Numbered from the stretch's first letter, positions 1 through 10,665 are shown. The stretch: 64,000 nt of DNA from Promethearchaeota archaeon (GCA_030599585.1 JAUVNS010000016.1:1-64000), one strand, 5' to 3'. The notes: generated by a model not told the origin, from the letters alone. Numbers and translations: made by a program.

Positions 1-581
1 ACTTTTTCTTTATCGTCCACGGTTACAAATTTGGAGAGCGCTGAAGCGAGAATATCTGGTAAATTTTGGTTTAATACTACTTCAAGCGAAGAATCTTTTG
101 TCTTAGCTATCGAAAGGATTACTTCTACTTCTTCGCAATACCCAAGGGCATCTACGTTAAAGTGGTTAACGATGGCGAAAAGTAAGGAAGAAGAAAATTT
201 ATCTAAATTTATTACGCGTATCGATACTCTGAACTCGCGGGCGTTGGTTTTTATTTTAATGGAAGTACAATTACTTATCTTCGAAAATCGGTTCAGCGAA
301 CTCTCCAAGTAATTGTTAAGTGCGCCTTTTATAACGTCTTTTATTTTTACGCACACTTCTTTTTTCTGAAACGATTTAATTTTACCTTCCTCAAGGAATT
401 TTTGCACTAAGGGGCTCTCGACCGTGGGCGGTTTTGCGACAATTATAAGGAATAACTCGTGCGGCATTATGGATTGTTTTTCCATTATAGCCGTGATCGT
501 TTTTTTTACGATCGAAAAATCGTAGGCGTTTACGAGCATATCGTTCATTAGATACTGAAGGCCATTTTCGTAAAAATTCAA
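1..581 (-). CDS. Hypothetical protein, 3' end outside the window (absent from the ORF track)
   Basis: Hand translation from TTG at 581 (TTGA overlap with the stop of 578..1396, purine-rich RBS upstream) is open to position 1: LNFYENGLQYLMNDMLVNAYDFSIVKK...VTVDDKEK. Confidence 0.7.
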   Translation of the reverse strand, partial: MNFYENGLQYLMNDMLVNAYDFSIVKKTITAIMEKQSIMPHELFLIIVAKPPTVESPLVQKFLEEGKIKSFQKKEVCVKIKDVIKGALNNYLESSLNRFSKISNCTSIKIKTNAREFRVSIRVINLDKFSSSLLFAIVNHFNVDALGYCEEVEVILSIAKTKDSSLEVVLNQNLPDILASALSKFVTVDDKEK

Positions 582-1396
582 GCAGATTCTCCCTCTTCTT
601 GTTGTTTTTGTAATAAATCAACGGCAATATATTTGTGAATCGATTGTACCAAGGTATTCGAAGAGCTATAATCTTCCGCAAATTCAGGTTGGGGTAGGAC
701 TGTGAGTAAAGCGTCAATGGTCTCGTAGCACAACTGTTTTACGTCCATTTCGAGTTTTTTGGCCCGTGCGTCTAATTTTCGCTCGAGTTTAGACTCAACC
801 TCTAATACTGCGGTTGAAGGGGGATCAAAGTTAGTTATTATTGTAGTTTCGTCTTGAATATCTTGGCTATCTTTCTTTAACGGTAATTGTTTAACTTTTG
901 GAGTTTTTAGTGTTTTTACTTCAGGAGGAATTATTATAATTTCTTGAGATACGGTCAATTTTTTCTTTCTAACTTTGCGTGGTTCGTTAGTTTCGCTAAG
1001 AATTTTTTTGTTTTTCTTGCGCGATGTAACCGTATTCTCGACGACGGGAGGTCGGGTTCGGATTTCGAGAAAAGAATACGACTCGTTTACCGTTAATTCT
1101 TCCTTTACCCCAACGAGATAGATGAACTTAAGGGACACGATCTCTATCTCGCATTCGTCCGGTCTGTGAAGTTGGTTTAACTCGAATTTTACGACAATTT
1201 CTCCCCGTACGACCGTAATGTCTTTTTTTCTAATAAGAATCGTATCCCTAACGTAATTACCGTTCGCTTTTATTTTGTAGACTGCGTACACGCTTTTAAT
1301 TTTCTCAAGTGAACTTTCGTTCTGTTCTTGCCCCTGAGAGCCGTCTAAACCGATATAAATACAACTGTCCTGATATTTAACGCTTGTCAAATTCAT
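578..1396 (-). CDS. Hypothetical protein
   Basis: 272-aa ORF with ATG start; no motif recognised. Confidence 0.75.
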   Translation of the reverse strand: MNLTSVKYQDSCIYIGLDGSQGQEQNESSLEKIKSVYAVYKIKANGNYVRDTILIRKKDITVVRGEIVVKFELNQLHRPDECEIEIVSLKFIYLVGVKEELTVNESYSFLEIRTRPPVVENTVTSRKKNKKILSETNEPRKVRKKKLTVSQEIIIIPPEVKTLKTPKVKQLPLKKDSQDIQDETTIITNFDPPSTAVLEVESKLERKLDARAKKLEMDVKQLCYETIDALLTVLPQPEFAEDYSSSNTLVQSIHKYIAVDLLQKQQEEGESA

Positions 1397-2088
1397 AATT
1401 TGTAACCTAAATTAAACTCTGGTTAACATTTTGTGTGTTCCAATGGTTCATAGAATACCCAAATAATAGGTCGAAACCTACGTTAATTTTTTCAGAACAT
1501 GGGTATTTAAACTGCTACCATTTTTTAGAATCAAAAGGAAGCAATATTGTAAGATACCACCTAATGAGATTTCACGCTTGTAGCTTCGAATGTAAAAAAA
1601 TTGTATGATTTTTGGTCAAAAAAAACTTATTCGTTAAGAAAAATAAATTCCTGTTTACAAACCTTGCTTTCTTATTTAACAAATAAAGTTTTTTATAAGG
1701 GTTTAAAACTACCTTTCTTCGTCTATATTGAAAGAATAGAAGAAAGAAAAAAAAAAGAAAAAACGAGAGAAATAAAGAGAGAATTGATTTATAGAATAAG
1801 ATTGGGTTTTATGAACACATAAGGAGTACAATTCATCTCTTTAAATCTCAATTAAAGTTAAAAAAAGTTACCATATTTCTAAGTGCAACTATATAAACTC
1901 GCGTTTTTTTTTCACTTTGATTTTTCAGGGGCTATCAATGAAAAAATCAAAAAGAAAAGTTGAGGGAAGAGGAGACTTCTCTCCCCGCCCTCGGTACCAA
2001 AAACCAAAATAATCCAATACAGAGAAAAAATGCCTGTCAAATGTATAATGTAATTGAGGCCCATTTAACGGACCACGCTTCGCAAGTT

Positions 2089-2646
2089 TTATAATTTTTC
2101 GCTTTTCAACTTAATTTCGTCTAAAATGTCGTCGAGATAAAACACGTGCTCCCGCCCCGCTTCCCATATTAACGCTCTAGAAAGGGATTTTCGAAAGCTC
2201 CACACGTCTACTTCGATATCGAGTTTTTTTAGCTCTTGTACTACAGAAACGAATATATTGTCTCCACTCACGATTATCGCTTTATCGTACGCGCCCTCGT
2301 CTGCGAAATCGCATATGTTCTGAAACATCGCTTCGTCTACGCCACTTTGAGACGGTCTCCCCGACTCGTCTACTCGAAGTGGTTTTTGAATAATTGACCA
2401 ACCCGTCTTTTCTAACGCTGCGAAAAATTTCTGTTTTTTAGGATATACTACCCTTGGTCTTCCCAAATACATGACCGGTGCGACCAAGTAGTAGCCACGC
2501 GCCAACCTTCTTTTGACCGACTCGTAATCGATCCTTACTTTTAGTTCTTGCAGGTTGTGAAACACGTTCGCGTGATCCCAGAAAATAAACGTCCTTTTTA
2601 AACCTTTTTCTGCTTCCCAATACTGCATTTGGTACTCATCTTCCAC
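2089..2646 (-). CDS. NYN-domain (LabA/PIN-like) protein
   Basis: Motifs FWDHANV, SGVD, IIVSGDNIF and VDVWSF match the NYN pattern (DxxN...VD...SGD). Confidence 0.85.
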   Translation of the reverse strand: MEDEYQMQYWEAEKGLKRTFIFWDHANVFHNLQELKVRIDYESVKRRLARGYYLVAPVMYLGRPRVVYPKKQKFFAALEKTGWSIIQKPLRVDESGRPSQSGVDEAMFQNICDFADEGAYDKAIIVSGDNIFVSVVQELKKLDIEVDVWSFRKSLSRALIWEAGREHVFYLDDILDEIKLKSEKL

Positions 2647-3263
2647 GAGAGTTGCCAGACTCCGGATTTTTGTCTTGACATTTCAAAATACAACTAATAT
2701 ATAACTACCTACCGCAATCTAATAATGCGCTATGTTCTTTTATGGCGATTTGTTGCTAATGATACTAGATAAAAAGCGATTAAAAATATTTAGAGAGTTT
2801 AAGTTTTGTAGTGATGATAGCGCACAAGAGAGCGAACCCTTTTTTTGTCGGCGTAATCCTCGATATCACGTCTTCCTCGCGTTGTCTATTAGACTGTTTT
2901 TACCGAAGTATATAAAGTCTACCAATTGTCGTTTTTTAAGCTTTAACACCAAAGAGGGCCAAAAGTAAGAATAGGTAGCGTGCCGAAAAAATCTTTCGCC
3001 ACAAAAGCCCACTTAGCACCGTTTAAAACGAAGTTGTTAAAGTTTTTTTATCTAACTTTAACCTAATTTAATTTCGCTAAATGGGAATTTAGGCACGTAC
3101 CTACTGTTACTCATTGCTTACAAGTAAATCCGTCCTAAAATTAGAATTGAGATTGCCAAATTTTTAATTTGTCAAGATTTATAAACCTAAATTTATATAA
3201 ATAACATTTTCCTTGTGTTATGTACCGACAAAAATTGTGTGTGATGTTTGTTTAGGTAGTTTA

Positions 3264-3511
3264 CAATTAAATCGAGATTCCTACCAATACATAGGCGATT
3301 ACTCCATTCCTCTCATGTAGTTACGTTACTCAAATATTTTTTCCTTAGGAGCTAACTATGCTTTTAAGTTTCGGAGGGGTTGAGTTGAAGTTAATTGGTA
3401 GGAGTCATCTTTTTTAATTGAGGTGAGGATCGTTCCAACAAATTATAAAGTAATTAGGAATGTACAGAGAACCGATAGGAAGTTACATTACGTGTACTCC
3501 AACCCTAATTT
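3264..3511 (+). ncRNA. Putative structured ncRNA or long 5' leader
   Basis: Nested helices 3264-71/3413-20, 3276-88/3394-3406, 3301-12/3374-85 and 3318-23/3354-59 (several G-U pairs on + strand); second hairpin ~3450-3511; TATA-like element at ~3190-3201. Confidence 0.45.
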
Positions 3512-3598
3512 GAACCTTAAACAATCAATAAAGGCGGTAAACAAAATTTATAAATCTTTTAATAAAAAAGATAAAAAACTTCAGGTAAAAAGTAGAAA

Positions 3599-4309
3599 AT
3601 GGGGAATCATCACAATAAAAGTTTTTTTGGCGCGGATACGGCCATTCTTTTTGATAGCGGTCAGTTAAGTAGCCCTGCTATCTTTTTAACGTTCATCAAG
3701 AAAAAAAAGGACGGTTCGTGGGAAAAGCCTTCGCAAAAAGAAGGTAGAGCAGTAAAATTCTCTTTGGTGGATATAGCATTTATGCTCCAAGTGTTGCGAG
3801 GAGATAAAATTGCGTGGAAAACCGTCCATTCTTACGAGAAACGAGAGATATCAATATTGCTCGAGCAAGATTCTGAGAATAGAGAGAACGTCAAAGTTAA
3901 GGCGGGGAATTACTTAAAAGTATTGAATTACGGCGAAGTAAAAGTTTTTAAAACTTTGCTTGAGCATACGTTCCAAGAAAAAGTAATAGCTTCAACTGAA
4001 GTCGTAAAACGAGAAGAAGCTACTGAACTTAAAAAAGAAACGATCGTAACAGCTACCGAAGTAGCACCGGAACTTGTAATAAAACCAATGTTAGTAGAAA
4101 CCGCAATTTTGACTGGCGTGATCAAAGGAGAAACGGAAAAAGCCCTTCTAATAGATTTTAAAGGGAAAAAAGAAATCTGGGTCCCAAAATCCGCTATTGT
4201 ATCCAACTACGACTCAAAATCAACAAATTTTCAAGAGTTCGAGATCGACACTTGGATACTAAGGAAAAATAATTTAATAGATAAAACTCATTCTGTTTCG
4301 AACGCGTAA
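3599..4309 (+). CDS. Hypothetical protein, possible PC4/Whirly-like ssDNA-binding N-domain plus small beta-barrel C-domain
   Basis: 236-aa ORF; WEKPS..GRAVKFSLVD resembles PC4/Whirly-type strands; C-terminal ETEKALL...WVPKS motif. Fold call is inference. Confidence 0.6.
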   Translation: MGNHHNKSFFGADTAILFDSGQLSSPAIFLTFIKKKKDGSWEKPSQKEGRAVKFSLVDIAFMLQVLRGDKIAWKTVHSYEKREISILLEQDSENRENVKVKAGNYLKVLNYGEVKVFKTLLEHTFQEKVIASTEVVKREEATELKKETIVTATEVAPELVIKPMLVETAILTGVIKGETEKALLIDFKGKKEIWVPKSAIVSNYDSKSTNFQEFEIDTWILRKNNLIDKTHSVSNA

Positions 4310-4509
4310 TCGGATAAGTTCAATTCCGCAGGCGGTTCAAATCGCGAATGGTCTAAGAATTGGCAGTAATCGCAAGTTTGTCCGGAAGGAATTGTGAACA
4401 CGACTACGACCTCCTCTTTTGTAATAATTATAGTAAAAACACCTCTTAATGTATTTCTATTATATGAATATTATATGAAGATGTATAAACAAAAAATATT
4501 TTTCAAATC

Positions 4510-7500
4510 TTATTCTTTGGGAGCAATACTTTCCATTGCCTGTAAACTTGGATACACTGGATTGTTCTCTTCGTCGTATAATTTAGGGTTGAGGTAAATT
4601 TTATTTTTTTTGTCCCACTTTAAGTTTAGAAGAGGGTTGTAACCGTTTAGATCAACCGACTCTCCAAGCACGTAATTTAGAAAAGACTCTGGCTTCAACA
4701 CGTTGTTTAATATAATGTAGTGGCTTATTCCCAGAACCTCGAACGATTGTTCCAATACGCTTAATATGGTGCCGATAGAGTCCGAATTTTCGTTGTTCCC
4801 GGTGTTATATCCTGGGAGATACAATTTCACATAGAGCCCGTTATCAAACTCTATCTCGTTTTCCAGTCCTTGAACGTATAACTTACCCTCGATCTTATAA
4901 GCTTCGCAACAGTTAAAAAAAGTGAATATACGTAACAGTTTCTCGGTAGCACGTTTAGAAATGTTCGGTAAAACGAAGCGAATCTTCTCGTGTAAATCTA
5001 AATTCTTAAACTTTACTTGAGGTCGCACTAAGTTTTTCGAAAATAAACGAGAAAAATCCTTTAGGTTCGAATCGTTCTTAAAAAACAAGCTTTTCTTCAA
5101 ACCGATAGATTTTCGAGAATAAATTCGTTGAAGGCTCAAAAATTCTTCCGAATCAGGTCCGAACACCGTAGAGGTTAAGACGTCAAGGTTGCTTTCCTTT
5201 AAATATTCCGGTGGTTTCTGCCAATTGTCTTGAAATAATACTTCTTGAACGTGTATTTCGAACTCGTTCGGGCTTATTTGCCAGCCCTTAGAGGTAAAAG
5301 GAAATTTCTCGTGGAAGTTTACATAAGCTCGAATTAACCGAAACATACAATATTCCCTAATGATCCGTAGCGTTTTCGTCGCTCTGTTCACGTAGCGCAT
5401 GTTCGGAACCCTATAAGGCGTTATATACTTAATCAAGAACGAAGGAGCGACACCGACGCCTACCGAACACTTTAAGCTTTGAAAAGAATTGTTCAGAAGT
5501 AATCTAAAATCTATTTGATCTGCGTCAGTAGGATAAAAATAGAGGTGATATTGCGATAACCCGAACCGAGATAAGATCGGCAAGATCTTTACGAATTTCA
5601 CGTGGTTCTTAAAAAAAGGTTTGTCCTTAATTTGGTTAAAACCTTCAGAGTCTTTAAAAGTTTGATCGATAGCTTTAGTGAAACCTTTCAGGTCTTTTAA
5701 CATGGATACATCGTACGAAATAGATGCTTTGGCTCTTTTTTGGGTTCTTTCTAAAAGGGTTTGCATGGAAGTGTCTTTCGAAAGCAAGTGTGGCCACAAA
5801 TTAGAGGACTGTTCTACGATAGGAGCTTTAAGGTTTCCAAACTCTTTTCTTGCGTAAAGCAAGTAGTTAGAAAATAAATCTTTCGCGTAAAAATATTTTT
5901 GTTCAGGAAAGTCGTAATATTTCCTTAGCGTTATAAAGGGAAGTAATTTCCACCCTCTTACCAATTTAAGGTAGAGGACATCGCCTTTATATTCGTTGTA
6001 AATTATAGAAATTAAAAAATATCGTTCGGATGGTGTTAAATAACTCGTTCTAAGCGAAAGGAAAATATAGCGATTGTTAGAACTTATACTAATTGATTTT
6101 TCGTAAAATCCTAGTTGAATAAACGGAAAGAGTTCTAACAGCCTTTCCATATTTTCTTCGGTATAGCGAACAAGCCCGTTAATTTCTATTTTATATTTAG
6201 CGCTCATTGTGTTCGTAACAGAGGGATTCATGGCGCCCGCTTTGAGATAATCGTTTAATTTGGTATTTATAAGACTTTTCGTTAATTCGTTTTCCTTTAA
6301 TTTGTCGTAATAGTCGAGTTGTTTCTGTTCTCTGCCGTCGTAAACATCTTGGGCGATTGTATCGTCAACTATTATCTTCAAGACGCGATTTAAGCCGTAC
6401 AATTGCAGATTAGCACAACTCGATAAAAATTCCGACGAATCGTAATACTTCTTGCTTATATTGTCAAATTTTTCTCTTTCTTGGTAATATAAAGGAAACA
6501 ACTCTTCTCTCACGTGATTCTTTATAGCTACGTTGGTTAAAATAAAGTTAGTCTTTAGCTGTGGGAACGCAGTTCTTCTATTTAAAGCTTCCCCAAATTG
6601 AGACTTGTCCTTTATTCCAAAATTTAATCGGTTGCGATTTTTTAACGCCTTTGCGATGGTATCTAAGTTTCGTAATAGTTCTAACACGTAGAAAAACCCG
6701 TGAACCTTATGTTTATTTACGAAAGATACGAAAAAGTCTTTTACTTCTGAATTTTTAATAACCGCGTCGAAATGATCTTTCAAATTTGCGTTTGAACTGA
6801 TAATTTTTTGCTTATATCTTTGGAGCTCTTCTCTATACGCCCGCAATCGATGTTTGCCGTCGTCGAAGGCGCTCCCTTCTACTGAAAACATACGAAGGTA
6901 TTCCGTTAAAAAGAAATCAACCACCGATAATTGGGTCTTTGCAGGAACTTGAATTTCTAAAGTACGTTTCGCTTTTATGACTAATTTATTATCGTAATTC
7001 GCGTTGTGAAGGTCTAATAAAGCGTTTTCGAGGTAAAAATCTTTCCAAACGTTTAGATTGGTTGCAGACGCATCTGATTCTATTTTTAACAAAAAAAAAT
7101 CAACAATGTATCCTAATTTTTTAAGATGGTTAAAAAAACCTAAAAAGTCTTCTTCGTAGACTTTGGGAAAAAATGCCCCAATAACGAACTCGTTGCTAAG
7201 AGAAGCGTAGTTATTTTGTTTCGAAAACACAAATTCAATCTGATCCAATACTTTTAGGATGGAGGGTCTGGTAAGGAGTGGATGGAACCTGATAAAAACT
7301 CTATACACAACCGCACCGAAATAGGACCAAGACGATTTGTACGTTGGAGCTATCACGGTGTTTTTTAAGCCTTTAAAGAGCGTTGCGTAAGCGCTTTTGC
7401 TTAAGTAAGAATCAATTTTTCTTGTAGAAGTAAACTGACCGAACAACTCTTCGTAATCCTTGGCAGAAGTGTAAATTTTTTTCTTTGAAAAGATATCGAT

Positions 7501-8154
7501 CGTAACTCGAAGCATTTCTAGATTATCGTCTTTAGATAAAAAGAGGCGAGTGTAATCGTCGTATATCTGAAACAAGACGGAAGAAAAATCGTGGGTGTCT
7601 GGCTTAATAACGGACTCGTTTCTTTCCACGTAAGAAAAAAAGGTTGTTACTAATTTTTGATGGTGAACTTGGTTTCTAAAATACTTATTTATTTGTTCTT
7701 GGTCGTCGTCCATGGAATCTAGGTGGTTTCTGTTAGAATCGACGAATTCTTTCCAGACTGCGCTATCTTTCTTAACGAAGCTTGCGTCTTCGAGAACTAT
7801 GTAGTGAATTACAAGTTGAACAGAATTATAGGTTTTAACCGATTCAGGTAAGAAACAAGCGTACAACTCGCGAAGGAGAATAAACGGCAGCTTTTCGCCG
7901 CATTCTTTGTAAATTTTAAGCACAAATCCTTCGTTAACAATTTCTCGCTTTACCCAACAGAAAAATACATTCTCGTGGGTTATTCGATCAGGATACGGAC
8001 TATCTATAATCTCAACTGAAACGTTCTTATTTACGGGGGGAACTCCTAAATACTCAGATAATCGTTGTAGACACCAATTAAAAGATTTTTCTATCGACGA
8101 TTTATCCCAATAACCCCCCAAAGACCACAACTGGTCGAAATTAACGCGTTCCAC
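4510..8154 (-). CDS. Large hypothetical protein (Lokiarchaeia-type, repeated Lrp/AsnC-like segments)
   Basis: 1214-aa ORF, GTG start; canonical AAAAAC-TTTAAATA promoter at 8220-8233. Confidence 0.75.
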   Translation of the reverse strand: MERVNFDQLWSLGGYWDKSSIEKSFNWCLQRLSEYLGVPPVNKNVSVEIIDSPYPDRITHENVFFCWVKREIVNEGFVLKIYKECGEKLPFILLRELYACFLPESVKTYNSVQLVIHYIVLEDASFVKKDSAVWKEFVDSNRNHLDSMDDDQEQINKYFRNQVHHQKLVTTFFSYVERNESVIKPDTHDFSSVLFQIYDDYTRLFLSKDDNLEMLRVTIDIFSKKKIYTSAKDYEELFGQFTSTRKIDSYLSKSAYATLFKGLKNTVIAPTYKSSWSYFGAVVYRVFIRFHPLLTRPSILKVLDQIEFVFSKQNNYASLSNEFVIGAFFPKVYEEDFLGFFNHLKKLGYIVDFFLLKIESDASATNLNVWKDFYLENALLDLHNANYDNKLVIKAKRTLEIQVPAKTQLSVVDFFLTEYLRMFSVEGSAFDDGKHRLRAYREELQRYKQKIISSNANLKDHFDAVIKNSEVKDFFVSFVNKHKVHGFFYVLELLRNLDTIAKALKNRNRLNFGIKDKSQFGEALNRRTAFPQLKTNFILTNVAIKNHVREELFPLYYQEREKFDNISKKYYDSSEFLSSCANLQLYGLNRVLKIIVDDTIAQDVYDGREQKQLDYYDKLKENELTKSLINTKLNDYLKAGAMNPSVTNTMSAKYKIEINGLVRYTEENMERLLELFPFIQLGFYEKSISISSNNRYIFLSLRTSYLTPSERYFLISIIYNEYKGDVLYLKLVRGWKLLPFITLRKYYDFPEQKYFYAKDLFSNYLLYARKEFGNLKAPIVEQSSNLWPHLLSKDTSMQTLLERTQKRAKASISYDVSMLKDLKGFTKAIDQTFKDSEGFNQIKDKPFFKNHVKFVKILPILSRFGLSQYHLYFYPTDADQIDFRLLLNNSFQSLKCSVGVGVAPSFLIKYITPYRVPNMRYVNRATKTLRIIREYCMFRLIRAYVNFHEKFPFTSKGWQISPNEFEIHVQEVLFQDNWQKPPEYLKESNLDVLTSTVFGPDSEEFLSLQRIYSRKSIGLKKSLFFKNDSNLKDFSRLFSKNLVRPQVKFKNLDLHEKIRFVLPNISKRATEKLLRIFTFFNCCEAYKIEGKLYVQGLENEIEFDNGLYVKLYLPGYNTGNNENSDSIGTILSVLEQSFEVLGISHYIILNNVLKPESFLNYVLGESVDLNGYNPLLNLKWDKKNKIYLNPKLYDEENNPVYPSLQAMESIAPKE

Positions 8155-8280
8155 TTACCCCTAACAACCTGTTATTTTTTATTACCTACTAGTCTATCAA
8201 TACAAATGTTATCTGGAACTATTTAAAGTTTTTTACGAGAGAGTTCCGATCTATAAAAAAGGTAGGGTTAAAAGGAACAT

Positions 8281-8625
8281 TCATGTCTTTACTTTTAACA
8301 TTTTCTTTCCTCCCGATTCCTCCAATTCTAAGCAGTCGATCAAGGCGATGTTAGCAGTAAAAAAAGATTTCTTACCTTCTGAACCCACTTGAGAGGCGTT
8401 ACGTACCTTCACCATCTTTTTAACGAAGAAGTACCGGCTTAAATAAGAACCGATAGACCAAACAACTAACGTTCTTTGAGTCGTTTGTTGAACTCGAAAA
8501 CACCATTTATCTTTACAAGATTGGGAGCAAAAAAAATGTTCTCGAGCTGACTGAGATATATTTACGTGTCTTACAATTTTCTTTTTAAGTCCGTTAAGAA
8601 TACCTCCGCAATATTCGCAGATCAT
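8281..8625 (-). CDS. Small TRASH/MYM-type zinc-finger protein
   Basis: CEYC...FCSQSC. Confidence 0.7.
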   Translation of the reverse strand: MICEYCGGILNGLKKKIVRHVNISQSAREHFFCSQSCKDKWCFRVQQTTQRTLVVWSIGSYLSRYFFVKKMVKVRNASQVGSEGKKSFFTANIALIDCLELEESGGKKMLKVKT

Positions 8626-8717
8626 AAGAGTTTTGAAAGAAGGGATTATAACTAAAATTATCTCTTACAAGGTAAGCCTACGAATATTTAAAGAAAAAAT
8701 TAGCCTCTACGAAAAAA

Positions 8718-9455
8718 CTAAAACCAAGAGTCAAGAGTTTTATTTTTGATAGGCGGTCTCATCCCACGTTTTGGTTTCTTGGGTAGAAGTTTTTTTATTT
8801 GTTTCTCAGGCATTGAAGGGTGTTGGAGCAACGTATAACTTACCATTCTTTCAGTTTGTTCCATTAATACCAGCGCGTGTCCAAAGTGATACAGCGAATT
8901 ACCTCCAACAGGCTTAATTTTAGAGTAAGTATTACGAGGGGCAGTAATAACAATTAAAGGTTTTGACTTTTCCATTACTTTTTTAATCCCGTTGATCGCT
9001 CGGTTTAGTTCTTCGAAAGAGTGCTGCTCGTAATTGGGCCACATGGAAGTTATTCCCGAGATAAGGAGTACTTCTATGTTCTCAAGGTTAGTAATCTTAT
9101 TTTCTAGTATTTCTATCATCTGGTCGTAAATGAAAGCTCGGGAGATGAGAATGTGTTCGAGGACTCTGGTAGGCGACATTTTCCTGCTTATCGCAAGTTT
9201 ACTGATGTGATACGGGTTAAACCGGTTGTTTCCGTCGATAAAAGCTACGAATTTGTTGAAATTTCGATCAACGAACGTTGAAACTGCAGTCGTTACTAAA
9301 ACCCTAGACGTTAACTTCTTATCCCCGATTAGAAGATAAATCGTATCCTTCTGGAAGCCACCTTCGAGGAGGTCGTCTAATATAGCGTCCCCGCTTGGTA
9401 TAAGGGGTTGTCCCTTTTTGCGTTCGTGTTCGTCAAATCCGGAATTATACATCAC
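8718..9455 (-). CDS. Inactivated RecA/RadA-fold protein (ImuA-like)
   Basis: SGDAILDDLLEGG, FIDGNNRFNPY and ISRAF are RadA-like; Walker A degenerate (GDKKLTS). Confidence 0.8.
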   Translation of the reverse strand: MMYNSGFDEHERKKGQPLIPSGDAILDDLLEGGFQKDTIYLLIGDKKLTSRVLVTTAVSTFVDRNFNKFVAFIDGNNRFNPYHISKLAISRKMSPTRVLEHILISRAFIYDQMIEILENKITNLENIEVLLISGITSMWPNYEQHSFEELNRAINGIKKVMEKSKPLIVITAPRNTYSKIKPVGGNSLYHFGHALVLMEQTERMVSYTLLQHPSMPEKQIKKLLPKKPKRGMRPPIKNKTLDSWF

Positions 9456-9550
9456 AATGATAAAATACTTATCAATTATAAAAAATCAAACGGGCAGGAA
9501 ATTTCTAAGTTACTTTTCATGTTTAGAAAATTAGAAAAACATTAAAAGTC

Positions 9551-9844
9551 TTACTCCCATAATCCAGCCCGTAGCGTAACGTAAATTTTTTTGTTAAACA
9601 GTTCTATTTCCGTATCTTCGTAAGCCTTCTGAAAAGAAAACGTTGAGATAATATTGTTAGCAAACACCTTCCTTGCGGTATTAAGGACTTTCGCGTAATA
9701 AACTTCTTTTTTACTGTCGTTTTGCTCGTAGCTGACGAAAGAGGCGAATGCTAGTGCGTTAACTTTTTTAACGTTGGAATTGAGGTTAAACCATCCGTGT
9801 TTATCTTTTTCTACTGGATATATTTGGTCATTAAATTTTTTCAT
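9551..9844 (-). CDS. Hypothetical protein
   Basis: 97-aa ORF, ATG start. Confidence 0.55.
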   Translation of the reverse strand: MKKFNDQIYPVEKDKHGWFNLNSNVKKVNALAFASFVSYEQNDSKKEVYYAKVLNTARKVFANNIISTFSFQKAYEDTEIELFNKKIYVTLRAGLWE

Positions 9845-9911
9845 TAGGACTAGAATTTTATCTTCGTCAGTTAGGGGGAAAAATCTGTGCCAATTTCTAA
9901 AATATTTCGCT

Positions 9912-10262
9912 TCAATTAACGAGTTGTCCTGCGATAACGCAGATATCGATCATTTTTTCCTTTTCTTTATTCCTTCCCATGTCAACCGTAGTGGCGTACT
10001 TTCCTTTCGATTTCGTATAAATGAAATAGCAAAATTCTTTCACTAGGAATTTTTCCATTTTTCCAGTCAATTGAATGTAGGCAATTCTCTTTCTATTATC
10101 CTTGAGATATTCTAAAAAATCCTTAAAATTTGTCTGTAAATCAAACATATAATATTGATGAGCGTTATTGTATTTAAAAATTACTTCTACCACCTGATAA
10201 TCTAAAAATTGATTTAACCACAACTTTTTCTTTAAATAAAGACGCGAAGTTGTATGTAACAA
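9912..10262 (-). CDS. Hypothetical protein (AT-rich, CpG-poor)
   Basis: 116-aa ORF, start uncertain. Confidence 0.4.
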   Translation of the reverse strand: MLHTTSRLYLKKKLWLNQFLDYQVVEVIFKYNNAHQYYMFDLQTNFKDFLEYLKDNRKRIAYIQLTGKMEKFLVKEFCYFIYTKSKGKYATTVDMGRNKEKEKMIDICVIAGQLVN

Positions 10263-10440
10263 AACTAAAGGTTGTGATAATAATTAGCTACCCTGAAAGT
10301 GTGTCCCAAATAAACGATCCAAGGACTCCTTCTCGAAATAAAGTCAGATTTCTCTCAGACGATACTATACCGTTCGGTTGTCTTGACCCCGAAAATTGGG
10401 ACGATATGGTTTTGGTCTATTCAAAACGGAGGTTTAAAAA

Positions 10441-10665
10441 ATGAAGAAAATGCGCAACGTAGAGTGGGGGAAGTTTCGACACCCGGAGTTCCTCGAGTCG
10501 CTCACCATAAGCGTGAACGAGTTTAAATTTATTCGCTTGTTCCTAAAACGAGGTTCCGTTGCGATGGTGAACGAATTATTGTGGGAGCGAAATATGAAGC
10601 AAAAAAGTCGTCCCAAAGATTATTTTCCTCCTCGATTCAATAAACGAGAGAAAATCGTAGCGTAA
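10441..10665 (+). CDS. Small basic hypothetical protein
   Basis: GGAGGT RBS just upstream of the ATG, T-tract after the stop. Confidence 0.6.
   Translation: MKKMRNVEWGKFRHPEFLESLTISVNEFKFIRLFLKRGSVAMVNELLWERNMKQKSRPKDYFPPRFNKREKIVA

Noticed and set aside
31-312. Short ORF-track ORFs antisense to or inside longer genes (e.g. 31..312, 391..717, 3928..4206, 29872..30180, 59540..59920)
   Set aside because: Shadow ORFs of the real CDSs, with no RBS, promoter or motif support.
1601-3668. ORFs 1601..1822, 2732..2968 and 3423..3668
   Set aside because: Low-complexity, AT-rich intergenic sequence with weak starts; 3423..3668 overlaps the predicted RNA structure and the 3599 gene.
4332-4345. tRNA gene suggested by GGTTCAAATC
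   Set aside because: No acceptor, D or anticodon arms can be built around it.
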